Assembly: GCF_001194135.2 (NCBI RefSeq)
Contig: NC_069001.1
Location: 32,679,539-32,743,538 of the forward strand
Direction: 5' to 3'
DNA: 64,000 bases
Origin: Octopus bimaculoides
Taxonomy: Eukaryota
The notes beneath the pieces were generated by a model. The model saw only the letters and a program-made list of their open reading frames with translations, made no database searches and was not told where the DNA came from. Both the position numbers and the translations under genes were made by a program. Shown piece after piece: positions 48,551 to 61,506 of the stretch. Positions within the stretch are counted from its first letter, which is position 1, and each line of letters starts with the position of its first letter.

Positions 48551-50962
48551 GATAGGCAGATACGACAGTCTTCCACACAGTTTCTATGTACCAGATTCAC
48601 TCACTGGGCATTAGTCAGTCTGGGGCTGTAATAGGAGACAGTTGCCCTAGGTGCCATGCTTTGAGACTGAACCTGAAACCTTGTGACTGCAAAGCAAGCT
48701 TCTTAGCCATTCAGCTTAACATTCTCTCCTTCCCTCCTCCAGTTGATGACTGATTATTTGGGCTTGAAACAACTGTCCCATTGTCATCAAATTCCAAAAC
48801 AAGCAAAGCCAGTTGGTTGGTGTGGTGGAGGGGGGGGGCGTCTGTTTATAATAGCACCCTTTCCACACTACCTCCTCCTCCTCCTCTCTCTATTTCTCTG
48901 TCTCTTTCCTCTGTTTGATGTCTGCTGATTTGATGTGTCACTTCCTGCCAGGGAACACTTGTTTTTCTTAAACCTGTCAGCTATTCAGTAACTAACCACA
49001 AAACTTTACATCTTCATCATCCAAGCCTACCACGGGACCACAAGTTAAATGTGATGTTAACTGAAATCCCTGGGAACAAATTTTTTATGTAAAGTCTTAT
49101 TTACTTTCAGAGTAATAATCCTTTATGTGGGCTGAGCTAACAAGGGGGGCAGTGGGACTGTATGTGAGTGCTTGATTTGCTAGAAATAGCAGCTAAATTT
49201 CCTCAAAACACATCCTACTGTTTGCAGAAAAAAACGAAAGAACATTTTAGATAATATAGTCCTAGATACATTTATGTTTGAAAAAAAAAAAATGGTTGAA
49301 TATGAACTGGAATGTGTCTGATCATAGATCAGTTGAGTCTCACTCGGGGTTTATTTAATAAAAGCAAATCTCTATGAAAAAGTATTATTCTTTTCCTTGT
49401 TTAAATTATCTAAACAACAGACTTGGCTCTGTCTATCTGCCTGCCTGTCTGCTTCTTTCTTGGTCTGTCTCTTTCTCCCCCCCCCTCTCTGTCTGTCTAT
49501 TTTATTTTAAATACAGCTGACCTAATAGTAATCTCTTACACTGGCACAAGGCCATAACTTTGAAAGTGAGATGTGGTGGATTATCTCTTATCTGTCTTAA
49601 CATTATAATTAAATCCAAAGCTAAATACCTGCCCTTTAAAACAATTCAGGACATAGAAATAGGTGGCATTTATGTTTCACATTCTTTAGTGATGGTTACA
49701 GAATGATAGTAGTTATCCTCCTCATCGTCATCATCATCATCAACAACAACATCTTAGTAGTCATCATTTTAACGTTCGCTTTTCCATGTTCGCATGGGCC
49801 AGACAGAATTCATTGAGGCAGGTGTTCTATGGCTGGATGCTCTTCCCGGTGCTAAACCTCCCCAGTTTTCCAGTAAAGTAACATTTCTTTATGAACAGAC
49901 GTTTTGATGGAAGATTGGAATCAAAGGACACTGCTTGTATCACTCAATGCTGAGTGTCACAGAATGCATCCAATTGTGGCCTCTGGCCTCACCATCTCCT
50001 GTGAAACTGTCCAACCCATGCCAGCATGGAAAATGGACATTAAATGACGATGATGATGACATACATATATGCACATACACATTTACAAAATTATTAGAAC
50101 TATGGAGTTGTGGTTACCCAAGTAAGAATGTTGGTCAAGTGAGGGATGTTACAGAGCAAAAGTTGGTACAGATATCAGTAGTTCCTGCTGAACACTTAAA
50201 ACTTGATGGATTTTGTCTGATGTTACCACTGTATGCTTCTTATATGATTTTTTTATATGCTTCTATGAATATGTATATTGCTCAATTTAAACTGAATGAG
50301 CCCCTAAACTATTTAAATCTAGCCTTTCAAAAAATTCCACTAGGAAACTCTTAACAAAAATTGAAGATCTATATAACTTTTAGTTATTTTAAGGCTTCTG
50401 CATGTTGTGAGGCCCTAAATTGTAGTTTGGCCCCAACCTTAACTGCACAATCATGCCTGTGTGTACATATTTATATGATTCGAAAACGAAGTCGAGCATT
50501 TGATGTGATGGCAGAGCATTGATTGCACAAGTTCTGCTGGGCCTCACATGTTGCAAGGTTTACAGACAGATTACAGGTAGATCTGTGTAGTTGCTGAGTG
50601 GTATCTACGAATTTGGAAAAGACCACTTGGAAGGACTCTACGATGATGGGGGAGATGATTTACTTAAGCAATTTGGGTCAAGATTGAAAAGAATGGTACG
50701 ATCAAGATAGAATTTGAAGTGTGTTGTAACCAGTAGTGTATAACAGGATCTGATAATCTGGTCGATACTGTGATATATATATATATATANNNNNNNNNNN
50801 NNNNNNNNNNNNNNNNNNNNNNNNNNNNNNNNNNNNNNNNNNNNNNNNNNNNNNNNNNNNNNNNNNNNNNNNNNNNNNNNNNNNNNNNNNNNNNNNNNNN
50901 NNNNNNNNNNNNNNNNNNNNNNNNNNNNNNNNNNNNNNNNNNNNNNNNNNNNNNNNNNNNNN

Positions 50963-51142
50963 TAAGGGTATCGTGAAAGGCCTGGCTGGAGGCCCAACCT
51001 TCCAAGTTCTTTTACAGGGCTTAGAAAAATTGAAGGGCCACTGCAATAACTGTATGAATCTGAGAGGTGAATATGTTGATTATAATTATATTTTAATGTA
51101 TTTTGTTTTACCCAAAGCCTGGAACTTTTCAGTACCCCATCA
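50963..51142 (-). mobile_element. Mariner-type MITE, same family as 43209-43610
   Basis: Reverse complement matches the body and terminus ...ggaacttttcagtacccc. Confidence 0.7.
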
Positions 51143-51879
51143 TATATTTGTGTGTGCGTGTATATGAGAGAGAGTTTTAGATATTTTAGAAAATGTCATC
51201 ATGGAAAGATGAGAGAATATCCATTGTTCTAAAAATATGTTACAGTGCTAAAATGTCTTTTTTAAATCTTAAATGTCAGCATCTGTTTTGGTTGTCGTTT
51301 GAAATTAATTACCAGCCAACAAAAATGATTAATTTTCTTTTATCTTGTTTATCCAAGTTATTATTTTACGTGTGGTGAAACAATGATTTGTGTGGCTTCC
51401 ATGATGTGGTGGTTGGTGGCAAAAGCTCTCTTTTGACTGTCATCATCATCATCATTTACAACCACAGTTGTAAAACAGATTTTTTAACCACACACTCATG
51501 CTTGTTGATAAATCTTTTTTTTTTTAATTTTTGCGTTTGGCACAAACCAAGAAGTGAGAATTAGGCCACAAAACAGCCCCAAATTCCACTCAGATAATTG
51601 CTAGAGTTCAAGGAGATTAAGTTGATTTCTGTGTCAGTAAGTGTCAGAAGATATTTCTTCTCTTCTTAAACGCCAACAAACCAAATTTGGGTTTTTTTTT
51701 CCTCCTGTCTTCTTGGTTTCTCTTTCTTTAAGGTGACATTTACACACTTTTGGTTTTATACATCTTTATCAGGTTCAACTTCCCATTGACATTTTTCTAT
51801 GCTTTCTAGGGAAAAAAACAAAACAAATAAACTTGTTGCAATTTGGTGACATAGCCTTAACTTGAAGCATAAGAGTGCT

Positions 51880-52310
51880 GAGCTGGGGCAGAGAGTTGTT
51901 TTCGTTCAACCCCTGAGAGGATGAAAAGCAAAGTCAACCGTAACAGAATTTGATCTAATACAGGATAATGGTTTGAAATTTAAAATTTTGCCACAAGGCC
52001 AACAGTTTTGGGAGAGGGGACAGTAGATTCCATTGACCCCAGTGCTCAATTGGTACTTATTTTATTGACCTTGACGAGATCTGAATTTCAGAGCATAAAG
52101 ATAATGAGATGCTGCAAAGCATTGTGCCTGACCTGCTAATGATTCTGCCAGCTTGCTGCATCGACCCCACTACTCAACTGGTACTCATTTTATGGACCTC
52201 GAAAGGCAAAGCCGACCATGGCAGAATTTGAACTCAGAACATAAAGATGAACGAAATGCTGCTAAGCATTGTACCCAATGTACTAACAATTCTACCAGCT
52301 TGCAATCTTC
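51880..52310 (-). mobile_element. Cluster of about three SINE family B copies
   Basis: Repeated gaaag(g)caaag(t)c(a/g)acc..gaatttga..cagaac and aaattttgccacaaggcc. Confidence 0.7.
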
Positions 52311-53100
52311 TGGTACAGAATGATAAAGATTTAAATTAAGAAAAAAGAAAAAATGCAATGTGGGACATGAAGTTTTTTTGTTTTTTTTTTCCAGTGTTTT
52401 TTGTGTGTCTTATTAAAGTAGAAACTATCAGCTTAACCTTTTCAATGCCAACTTGCTTAACTGAAACTACCTTTGCTTACATCATACAAAAACCTCTAAT
52501 TTTGAGGTGTTTACATTTAAATTAAAACATTCCGTTGTAATTTTATGCGAGGACATTTTGATTTAAATTCTCTTCCAAACACTATCTAGACTATGACAAA
52601 TTATTTTACTATTTTCACTAAATCTCTCCAAATTCTTTGTTCACTGAAATGTATTTCACCACCATCATCATCATCATCATCATCATCATCATTTAACATC
52701 TGTTTTCCCTGTTGGCTTGAGTCCAGACAGTTTTATAGGGTCCAACAAGCCACGGAGCTGTATTGAGCTGCAGTGTCAGCTCTGGCATGATTTGTACATC
52801 CTGATACTGGCCCTTTCCTGAAGCCAACGATTTAACAGTGTGTACTGAGTGGCACTTTTTAGTGCCATTAGCACTAATGAGTAAAAAGAAAGGAAAAGAA
52901 CAGAAGGAAAAATGTCCCATTAACTGGGGGAGGGGAGTATTTGAGAGGTGAGGGGGCGGGGTGGTTATTTGCCAGGTATTGAGAGGTCAAGTAACATAGA
53001 CAGATAAGCCTAGCTGCCATGCTGTAGAGGAGGCACCTGTCTAGCATTTTTGGGGCAGTGGGTAAGTTAGTTATGTTAACCCAATGTTCAACTGATATTT

Positions 53101-53497
53101 ACTCATTAGACTGTGGCCATGCTGGGGCACCACCCTGAATGAATCAACCCCAGTGCTTTTTCTTTTCTTGTTTCAGCCTGCTACTTATTCTGTCAACTCT
53201 TTTGCTGAACTGCTAAGTTACAGGGATGTAAACACACCAACACCAGATGTCAAGTGGTAGTGGAAGACAAACACACATACAAAGACACACACACGCATAG
53301 ATATACATATACCATACACAGATACACACACATATATATACAACAGGCTTCTTTGATTTTCTATCTAAAAAATCCATTCACAAGGCTTTAATCAGCTGAA
53401 GGTTATAGTACAAGGCACTTGACCAAGGTGCTATGCAGTGGGACTGAACCCTGAACCATGTTGTTGGGAAGCAAGCTTCTTACCACACAGCCACACC
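53101..53497 (-). mobile_element. SINE family A
   Basis: Reverse complement aligns with the consensus. Confidence 0.8.
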
Positions 53498-53831
53498 TTT
53501 TTTCTTTTTTATCCTATGTTCTTTTTCTGTGTATTGCTAGAACTTGAAGTGATTAAGATAAGATAAATGCCACAGGATTTAATTTGCAAGGTGTGTTGCA
53601 CCTACCTTGATGCAACGAGAAATCTGAAGTTTGCTTGAGGAAACCAGATATGTGGAAGTTTGTTGACTCACCTTTTAGTTACTAAAAATATCCATTTGAA
53701 GCATGTGGTGGTGTTAGCTTAGTGTTATTGACAATAAACGAATACAAATATGTTGATTACGACTTGACTAGTAAACATTTAAAATGTTTCTTGTATCCTG
53801 TTTATGTTGTAAAAAAAAATCTATAATTTAT

Positions 53832-54153
53832 AGGCGTAGGAGTGGCTGTGTGGTAAGTAGCTTGCTTACCAACCACATGGTCCCAGGTTCAGTCCCACTG
53901 CGTGGCATCTTGGGCAAGTGTCTTCTGCTATAGCCTCGGGATTTGGTAGACGGAAACTGAAAGAAGCCAGTCGTATATATGTATGTGTTTGTCCCCCCAA
54001 CATTGCTTGACAATCGATGCTGGTGTGTTTATGACCCCGTAACTTAGCAGTTCGGCAAAAGAACCGATAGAATAAGTACTAGGCTTCTAAAGAATAAGTC
54101 CTGGGGTCGATTTGCTCAACTAAAGGTGGTACTCCAGCATGGCCACAGTCAAA
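53832..54153 (+). mobile_element. SINE family A, close to the 1360-1761 copy (internal deletion)
   Basis: Head nearly identical to 1360-1460. Confidence 0.88.
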
Positions 54154-54944
54154 AGACTCTCCTATTTATATATACAGACTTCATAGTGTTTCTGCACCAC
54201 CTCATTTCCTAGTTGAAATACCTTAATGCCATCAACGGTATGAATGAAGCCTGTGGTAGTGTGTGTGTGTGTGTGCATGTATATTGTGTGTGTGCATGTA
54301 TATTGTGTGAGTGTATGTTTGTGTCTCCTTGTACCTGATAGTGCATGATAGTTGTAAATAAGTTGACATTGTCATACAAACTGTTACCATTCATTTCCAG
54401 TATTCTGTGAAAACATATCCAGCCATGAGGAAATATTTCTTTGCTTAAAAATAGGTGAAGGTTGGCAACAGGAGGAGCATTCAGCCCTAGAAAATCTGCC
54501 TTAGTAAACTCCATCTGACCCAAGCGAGCATGGAAAAATAGATAGTGAATCAATAATGGTGATGTGTGTGTAATGCATGCACACAAACACACATACTCTC
54601 TCTCTCATCAAAATACCTCACTGTGACCTTCAACTGTTAAAAACTAAACACAACAACGGAAGTATGTGAAGCATTTACTTTTGCAAGTCATATAAACATG
54701 GTTCCTCACAAATGCAATCAAATAAAAACAGCAAGCTGTGCAGACATCACCATGTATTGGTTATGGACACTGAACAAACAAACAGACATTGCTGACTGGC
54801 CAAAACAAGAGAGAAAGGCAAAAGTGACAGAGTGACATGAATGACTCCAGAACGAAAATGTAAAACTATGATATAAATTCTTTAACTCTTTTATGACCAA
54901 ATAGGTACAGGTGTGGTGATGTGGGTAAGAAGTTGTCTTCCTAG

Positions 54945-55262
54945 CACTTATTCTTTGCAAGTCTAGTACTTATTTTTGCCAAACCGCTAAGTTACAGGAG
55001 CATAAACACACCAGCATTGGTTGTCAAGCAGTGGCAGTGGGAGGGGCGGTCAAACACGTATACACACACACACACACACACACATACACACACACACAGC
55101 AGTGTTCTTTCAGTTTCTGCCTACCAAATCCACTCACAAGGCTTTGGTCAGCCCAAGGCTATAGTGAAAGACACTTGCCCAAGGTGCCACACAGTGAGAC
55201 TGAACCCAGAACCATGCGGTTGGGAGGAAAGCTTCTTACCACACAGCCGTGCTTGCACCTAT
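54945..55262 (-). mobile_element. SINE family A
   Basis: Reverse complement aligns with the consensus. Confidence 0.78.
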
Positions 55263-55948
55263 ATGTTTAAATTAATTTTGAGAATAATAATTTGGCATAA
55301 TTTTGTAAAATAACTAACTTTTGCATGATTAAACTTTAATTAACTTTTTTGCTAACAAGCCACATTGGTTCTATGATACAGTTTCCCTGTTTTAAAGTTA
55401 TCTGAATAAAGATTTGCCATCTAAAATTCCGCATTGATTTATCTTCCAAATACCACAACAATGTGGGTTATTTCAACCATTCATATTATTCTGTCTAATG
55501 TAATGTTTATTCTTGTTATTTTCAATTAATCATGCATTATCTCATAGCTTCAAGAGTTCAATGATAGGATTGTTTTTGTTGTTGTTTTTAGCATGATATT
55601 GCAGGGTAGATGTGAGAGAGATTAATCAGATTGAACATATAAGAAGGGAGAGTATTTAGGCTGGGTATGGCTGGTTTAACTACTAAGGGGTTAATAAATT
55701 CTTTGTTATTTTCAAAATTCATTGCCACAAATGCAGTGTGTTATTTCAATAGAGACAGTCAGATTGGAGGGGCTTTTTGAAAGACATTAGGTAGATTAAG
55801 GTATCAATATAAAACTGTTAAGATGTATTTTTAGGATAAAACTAGTAGAAATGATGGGTTTGTTGAAAGGGGAGGTAACTTATATCTGTTATTAGAGGAA
55901 AATAACTTTTGTAGGTGTGATGGTGAATGTATAATGAAATCTCTCTCT

Positions 55949-55992
<44 letters not shown>

Positions 55993-56367
55993 GTATATAT
56001 GCACATATATTATATACACACGTGTGTGTGTATATATCTATATACATATATATACACATGTGTGTAATTCTTCGAAACGCCGGTGTTTTAATGGTGACAG
56101 CTGATGAAGGAGATGTTTCTATGTGGCTTGCTTGTTTGTTGTACCTTGTTTATCATTTTGTCCATGTTCTTTTGCCACGTCATGTACCCAGTTATGTATC
56201 TATATGTACATGTAGATGAAGGTATGTACATACATGTACATATATATGCATATACTCATATATATATATATATATATATATATANNNNNNNNNNNNNNNN
56301 NNNNNNNNNNNNNNNNNNNNNNNNNNNNNNNNNNNNNNNNNNNNNNNNNNGTGTTTTTCTCCTTATT

Positions 56368-56404
56368 TCTTTCTGTTGAAGAGCGTAGCTCGAAACGTTA
56401 AAGA
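56368..56404 (+). ncRNA. Minimal type-I hammerhead-ribozyme-like motif (Penelope-associated type), core variant CUGUUGA
   Basis: tcttt-CTGTTGA-A-gagc(gta)gctc-GAAAC-GTT-aaaga: stem I 5 bp, stem II 4 bp, palindromic ACGT stem III. Confidence 0.55.
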
Positions 56405-56499
56405 CTTTCTCTATTCCCGAGCGTTAAACTAATACATCCATTTGTTGATTACACCACCTGTCCTCGTCTGTTGTTTTTTTTCGTAAATTCTCCCATATA

Positions 56500-56540
<41 letters not shown>

Positions 56541-56707
56541 TTTTTTCTCTTATATTTTCAGTTCTTCCCCAGACTACCATCAAATCTCATTTTTGTTGAA
56601 GCAAAAAAAAAGTAAAAACCTTAAAAAAAAAACCTAAGCTAACTTAACCAATTAAAAACAAACAAGCAAAAAAAAAAAAAACCAACCCTGTGGTCTGACA
56701 TTATACG

Positions 56708-56935
56708 ATGCAAGCCTCAACACCTGTTCAACCTCGTCGTAGTTCAACAAGGTCGATAAAACGGAAAAAATTTGACGACGAGCTTGTGGAGAGTAGCCTT
56801 GTAAAGTCTGACCGGGGCCGTTTCAAGACTCTTCCTGTTATTGAAAAACCTGAACCGAACCCTCCAATTGATACTGTGGTCCCACAACTGCCCGAGAAGA
56901 AGAAAGTCACACTACCTCCACCTGAGAAAAAGAAG
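56708..56935 (+). CDS. MCRS1: Microspherule protein 1, first coding exon (MQASTPVQPRRSSTRSIKRKKFDDELVESSL...PPPEKKK)
   Basis: RRSSxRxIKRKKFDDELVESSL is the MCRS1 N-terminal signature; in-frame TGA at 56696 upstream of the ATG; probable acceptor ttttcag at 56561; donor AAG|GTATGT at 56936. Confidence 0.93.
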
Positions 56936-58801
56936 GTATGTAGTTGATAGATTTTTCCAAACTATTTGTTTCTTTATTCAAAACTGTTTTTCTATGCCAG
57001 TTGTGACAAGTTTTGTCTAAGCATGTTTATATGTGTAAAGTTACCTCTTTGAGTCATGCCAGCTCATAAGGGCCAGATTCCAGGTTTCACGGTGATTGCA
57101 TTCCCCACTGGGACAGGATGCCAGTCCATCACAAGATGACTCCTTTTTACCAGCTGAGTAAACTAGAGCAACATGAAATGAAGTGTTTTGCTCAAGAACA
57201 CAACACGTCACCTGATCCAGAAATTGAGACCACAATCTTACAATCATGGGACCAACACCTTAACCACTAAGCCACACACCTACTTTATATATGTGGTTAG
57301 CTATGAGTATATGCTATTGACGATGCCCAATGAAACAGAAATGTATCTAAAATTCTCACCTAGCAACAGCTGTCTTTAAAAATGTTTATTTTGTTTGCAT
57401 CTGATCTATACTGTATTTTTAACCACCATGGGAGATATTATCTCTGGATGAATGCTGCAGTAAATTTCCCATTTGCAGCATATTTATACATTAAGTATGA
57501 TTTCTAAAGTATCTCGACAGTTTTTCTGTAGAAATTAGAGCCAGTACTGAAAGTTAAGTTCGAAATAAGGAGTAATTAACAGTTGACGACTTAGGAGAGG
57601 TTAGACATCATTTGGTATTTTGTCCCATACTTGTCTCTCTTTATGTGTTTACGTATTTTTCACTCCTTGGTCATGTCCTGTTCTTAGTGGATATTTTTTG
57701 ATAATTCGCCCTGTACTTATCACTCGTGTTTCAAACCAACTACAAGCTTTTTGAAATTATTTTTGAATGATAAACTTTTAATAACCACACTGTTCCAAAA
57801 TAGACTATCGATACATTATCTTCTAAGAGAACCTGGAACCATCTGATTGGAAAACAAGCTGCTTCACCACACAGCCATGCCTGCACCTAACATGATGTTC
57901 AAAGCTTTCCTTCTTTCCTTTTTTTTTTTTTTTGTTTTAAAATTTCATATTTCCATTCATTCTACAAACTTATACCCTCCATGGAAGAGATTTGTGTTCT
58001 CAAATATCTGAGTAAGTGCTGTTGTTCTTAGCTTTTGTGTGTTTCATGTGTTGGGTTGGGTTGAGTTGGTGTCATTTACTCACCAATGACAAAGTTAGTC
58101 TATTCATTTAAATGGTTGGGGTTTGTTCTTTTTTGTTTGTTTTTTTTAAAAATCTTATTTTTAGTTTCTGTCTTGATGTAACTTAAATGTAGAAATAATA
58201 AATGAAATAATAGAATGATGTTTATCTTGGGTTGGGTGTTAGTGCTAAATTTAGACAAGAGGCTTATAACCTCTTGTGTGTGTGTGATGGGGGTTATGCC
58301 ACCCATTGAGTGCACGACATTAGAGCTTGGATTTGTCTATGGTTGTAATAATAAAAGCACTACACGAAAATGTGACGAAGCCTCATGAGTCAATAAGGAA
58401 ATCTTAAACTATTTTCTTGTGGTGCTAAAAATAGCAGCCAAATATATCTTACCTTCTTCAAAAAGAAATGAGACATTGGATAATGTTGGCTTAAGCTGTC
58501 TGAAAATAAAATGGAATGGCTATATCTGGAACACCGGTTGTCAAGCTGTGGTAGGGTCACACACACACACACACACGCGCGCGCGCGTGCATGTGCATGC
58601 GTGACAGGCTTCTTTCAGTTTCTGCCTACCAAATCCATTCATGAGGCCTTGGTTGGTCTGAAGGTAGAGTAGAAGACACCCAAGGTGCCATGCGCAGTGG
58701 GACTGAACCGGAAACCATGGGCCTGGGAATAAAGCTTCTTCTCACACAACCATGCCTGTAAAAATATATTTCATTTCTTTCTTTTTTGTCTTTTTTTCCA
58801 G

Positions 58802-58840
58802 ACAACAAAAACAGCAGCCAAAAGGAAACAGAAGCAGAAG
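58802..58840 (+). CDS. MCRS1: MCRS1 39-nt micro-exon (TTKTAAKRKQKQK)
   Basis: Long polypyrimidine tract + cag at 58801; donor AAG|GTATTG at 58841; phase 0-0; basic stretch is positionally equivalent to TKRVKKSKQ of vertebrate MCRS1. Confidence 0.72.
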
Positions 58841-59247
58841 GTATTGTGGGTTTTTTACTTTTAATTCTGTTTATTTTATTTTTTATTTTACCATTTTAGA
58901 TCTTGCTTTAAGTGCAGATATTTGTTCCAATTTACAATATACGTACAATGTTGCTAGAGATTTCACCTTTTGATAATGTGATCAGCAGTTGAGATTTATT
59001 CTTCATAGGTGCTGGTCTTTGGATTGGGTTCATGCTAAGATCCTCTTCAAGGCTTTTAGGTGATTACATCAATCACCCACGACTTGATCTCCATAGATTG
59101 ATAAAATCTATCAATCTGTATATTGAATGGTTGTCTATAGCATAAAGGGGCGCAACTCAGACACGGTCAGTGTAACAAGATGTTTGCTTGGTGCAACAAT
59201 TTATTGGCAATCTCACACGAATACCCCACCACCACTACCACCTATTA

Positions 59248-59616
59248 TCTTTTATCCTTTCCTTGTTTCAGTCATTAGACTGCAGCCATGCTGGGGGCAC
59301 TGCCTCGGAGAATTTTTAGTCAAATGAATCGACCCCAGTACTTTTTTTTGTTTTAAAGCTTGGTACTTATTCTTTCGGTGCCTTTTGACAAATTGCTAAG
59401 TTATGGGGATGTAAACACACCAACACCAGTTGTTAAGTGGTGGCCACACACACACACACACACAAAACGGGCTTCTTTCAGTGTCCATCTGCCAAATCCA
59501 CTCACAAGGCTTTGGTCGGTTCAAGGCTATAGTAGAAGAAACTTGCCCTTGCAGTGGGACTGAACATGGAACCATGTGGGTAAGAAGCAAGCTTCTTACT
59601 ACAGAGCCACACCTAC
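59248..59616 (-). mobile_element. SINE family A in an MCRS1 intron
   Basis: Reverse complement aligns with the consensus. Confidence 0.82.
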
Positions 59617-60042
59617 GACTATTTAAAAAGTTTTTTTTTTTAATTTCTTGATAGTCAATATCATCATCATCATCATATCATCATTTCACATCCATGTTCT
59701 ATGCTGCATAGGTTGGATGGTTTAACAGGGTCTAATGGCTTCCAATAACTGCCTCATGCTCCTGTGTCTTCTTTGAACTGTGGCCATACTGAGGCACTCC
59801 CTTCAAGGGTATTAGTCAGTGATAATACTTGATTGGTACTTATTTTATTTTATTTATGAAATGCAAAGTTGACTCTGGTGGCATTTGAACTCAGTATGTA
59901 AAGAGATGTAACTAAATACCACAAGGTATCTGTGCAATGTCCTAGTGATGCTACCATCCCACTGTTTCTAGACCATTCTTTGAATATTATTTCATTTGAT
60001 TTATTTTCTGTATGTAACCAGTTGTCACTTCTTCTCCCCCAG

Positions 60043-60135
60043 GATGTTACACCAACACCAGTTACAGCTTCCACCAAGGATTTAGGACGATGGAAACCAC
60101 AGGATGACTTAGCTTTGATTACCGCTGTCCAACAG
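60043..60135 (+). CDS. MCRS1: MCRS1 exon (DVTPTPVTASTKDLGRWKPQDDLALITAVQQ)
   Basis: TKDLGRWKPxDDLxLIxAV motif; acceptor cccccag at 60042, donor CAG|GTGAG at 60136. Confidence 0.95.
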
Positions 60136-60739
60136 GTGAGTTACTTTATGCTTATTTAGTCATGTCATTAGCCATGACTAACACACAAACAGGGGCTTTA
60201 ATCTTGTCAGTTCTCGTATTTCACCAGGTCATAATCATCATCACCACCATCACCATGGTTGTTTTAATGTCCACTTTTCCATGCTTGCATGGATTAGACT
60301 AGATTTATCGAGGCAGGTTTTCTACAACTGGGTGCTCTTCCTGTTGTAGACACTCAATTGCTTCCAAGCAAGGTAATATTTCCCTATGACCAAGCATGTA
60401 TAATTGTGACACTCATTTTTACAACCATCATGTGATGTTAAGACTAGGGGACAAACACACTCACACGCACTCATACACAGCCACAAACATGCACACACGC
60501 GCGCCCGCGCACACACACATTGGGTTAACCAAAGCCCTGTGAATAGATTTGATAGAGGGAACTGTCTTATGAGCAACTCATTAGTTTGCCTTGTTAGCGT
60601 GGAAGACTGGTAATGAAGAACTTTGTTTGTATGACAATAACGTGCATTTAGAACCATCACATATCAAGACGAGTGTACACACAAACACATACATACATAC
60701 ACATTTATGCATACATGTGCATATGTAAAATTGCTGTCA

Positions 60740-60997
60740 TGGCAGATACCGATGTCACACAAATTGGCACCCATGCTAGTGGCATGTAAACACACCCCGG
60801 TGTCATGCAAATGGCACCCATACCAGTGGCACGTAAACGCACCCATTACACTCTCGGAGTGGTTGGCACTAGGAAGGGCTTCTAGCTGTAGACAACCATA
60901 CCAAATCAGACTGGAGTCTGGTGCAGCCTCCCAGCGTGCCAGCCCAGTCAAACCGTCCAACCCATGCCAGCACGGACAACGGACGTTAAATGATGAT
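60740..60997 (+). mobile_element. SINE-like repeat family C (others ~39265, 44760, 45965, 49950, 52665, 63290)
   Basis: aggaaggg..ccaaatcaga.tggag.ctggtgcagcc..ccaacccatgccagca.gga..ggacgttaaatgatgat. Confidence 0.8.
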
Positions 60998-61453
60998 ATG
61001 TATATATTGACAGAAAAATGCACATGCATATANNNNNNNNNNNNNNNNNNNNNNNNNNNNNNNNNNNNNNNNNNNNNNNNNNNNNNNNNNNNNNNNNNNN
61101 NNNNNNNNNNNNNNNNNNNNNNNNNNNNNNNNNNNNNNNNNNNNNNNNNNNNNNNNNNNNNNNNNNNNNNNNNNNNNNNNNNNNNNNNNNNNNNNNNNNN
61201 NNNNNNNNNNNNNNNNNNNNNNNNNNNNNNNNNNNNNNNNNNNNNNNNNNNNNNNNNNNNNNNNNNNNNNNNNNNNNNNNNNNNNNNNNNNNNNNNNNNN
61301 NNNNNNNNNNNNNNNNNNNNNNNNNNNNNNNNNNNNNNNNNNNNNNNNNNNNNNNNNNNNNNNNNNNNNNNNNNNNNNNNNNNNNNNNNNNNNNNNNNNN
61401 NNNNNNNNNNNNNNNNNNNNNNNNNNNNNNNNNNNNNNNNNNNNNNNNNNNNN

Positions 61454-61506
<53 letters not shown>

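Noticed and set aside
27000-56000. Myosin-head exons or a third protein-coding gene between CHS and MCRS1
   Set aside because: No ORF or motif I could recognise; very short exons cannot be excluded.
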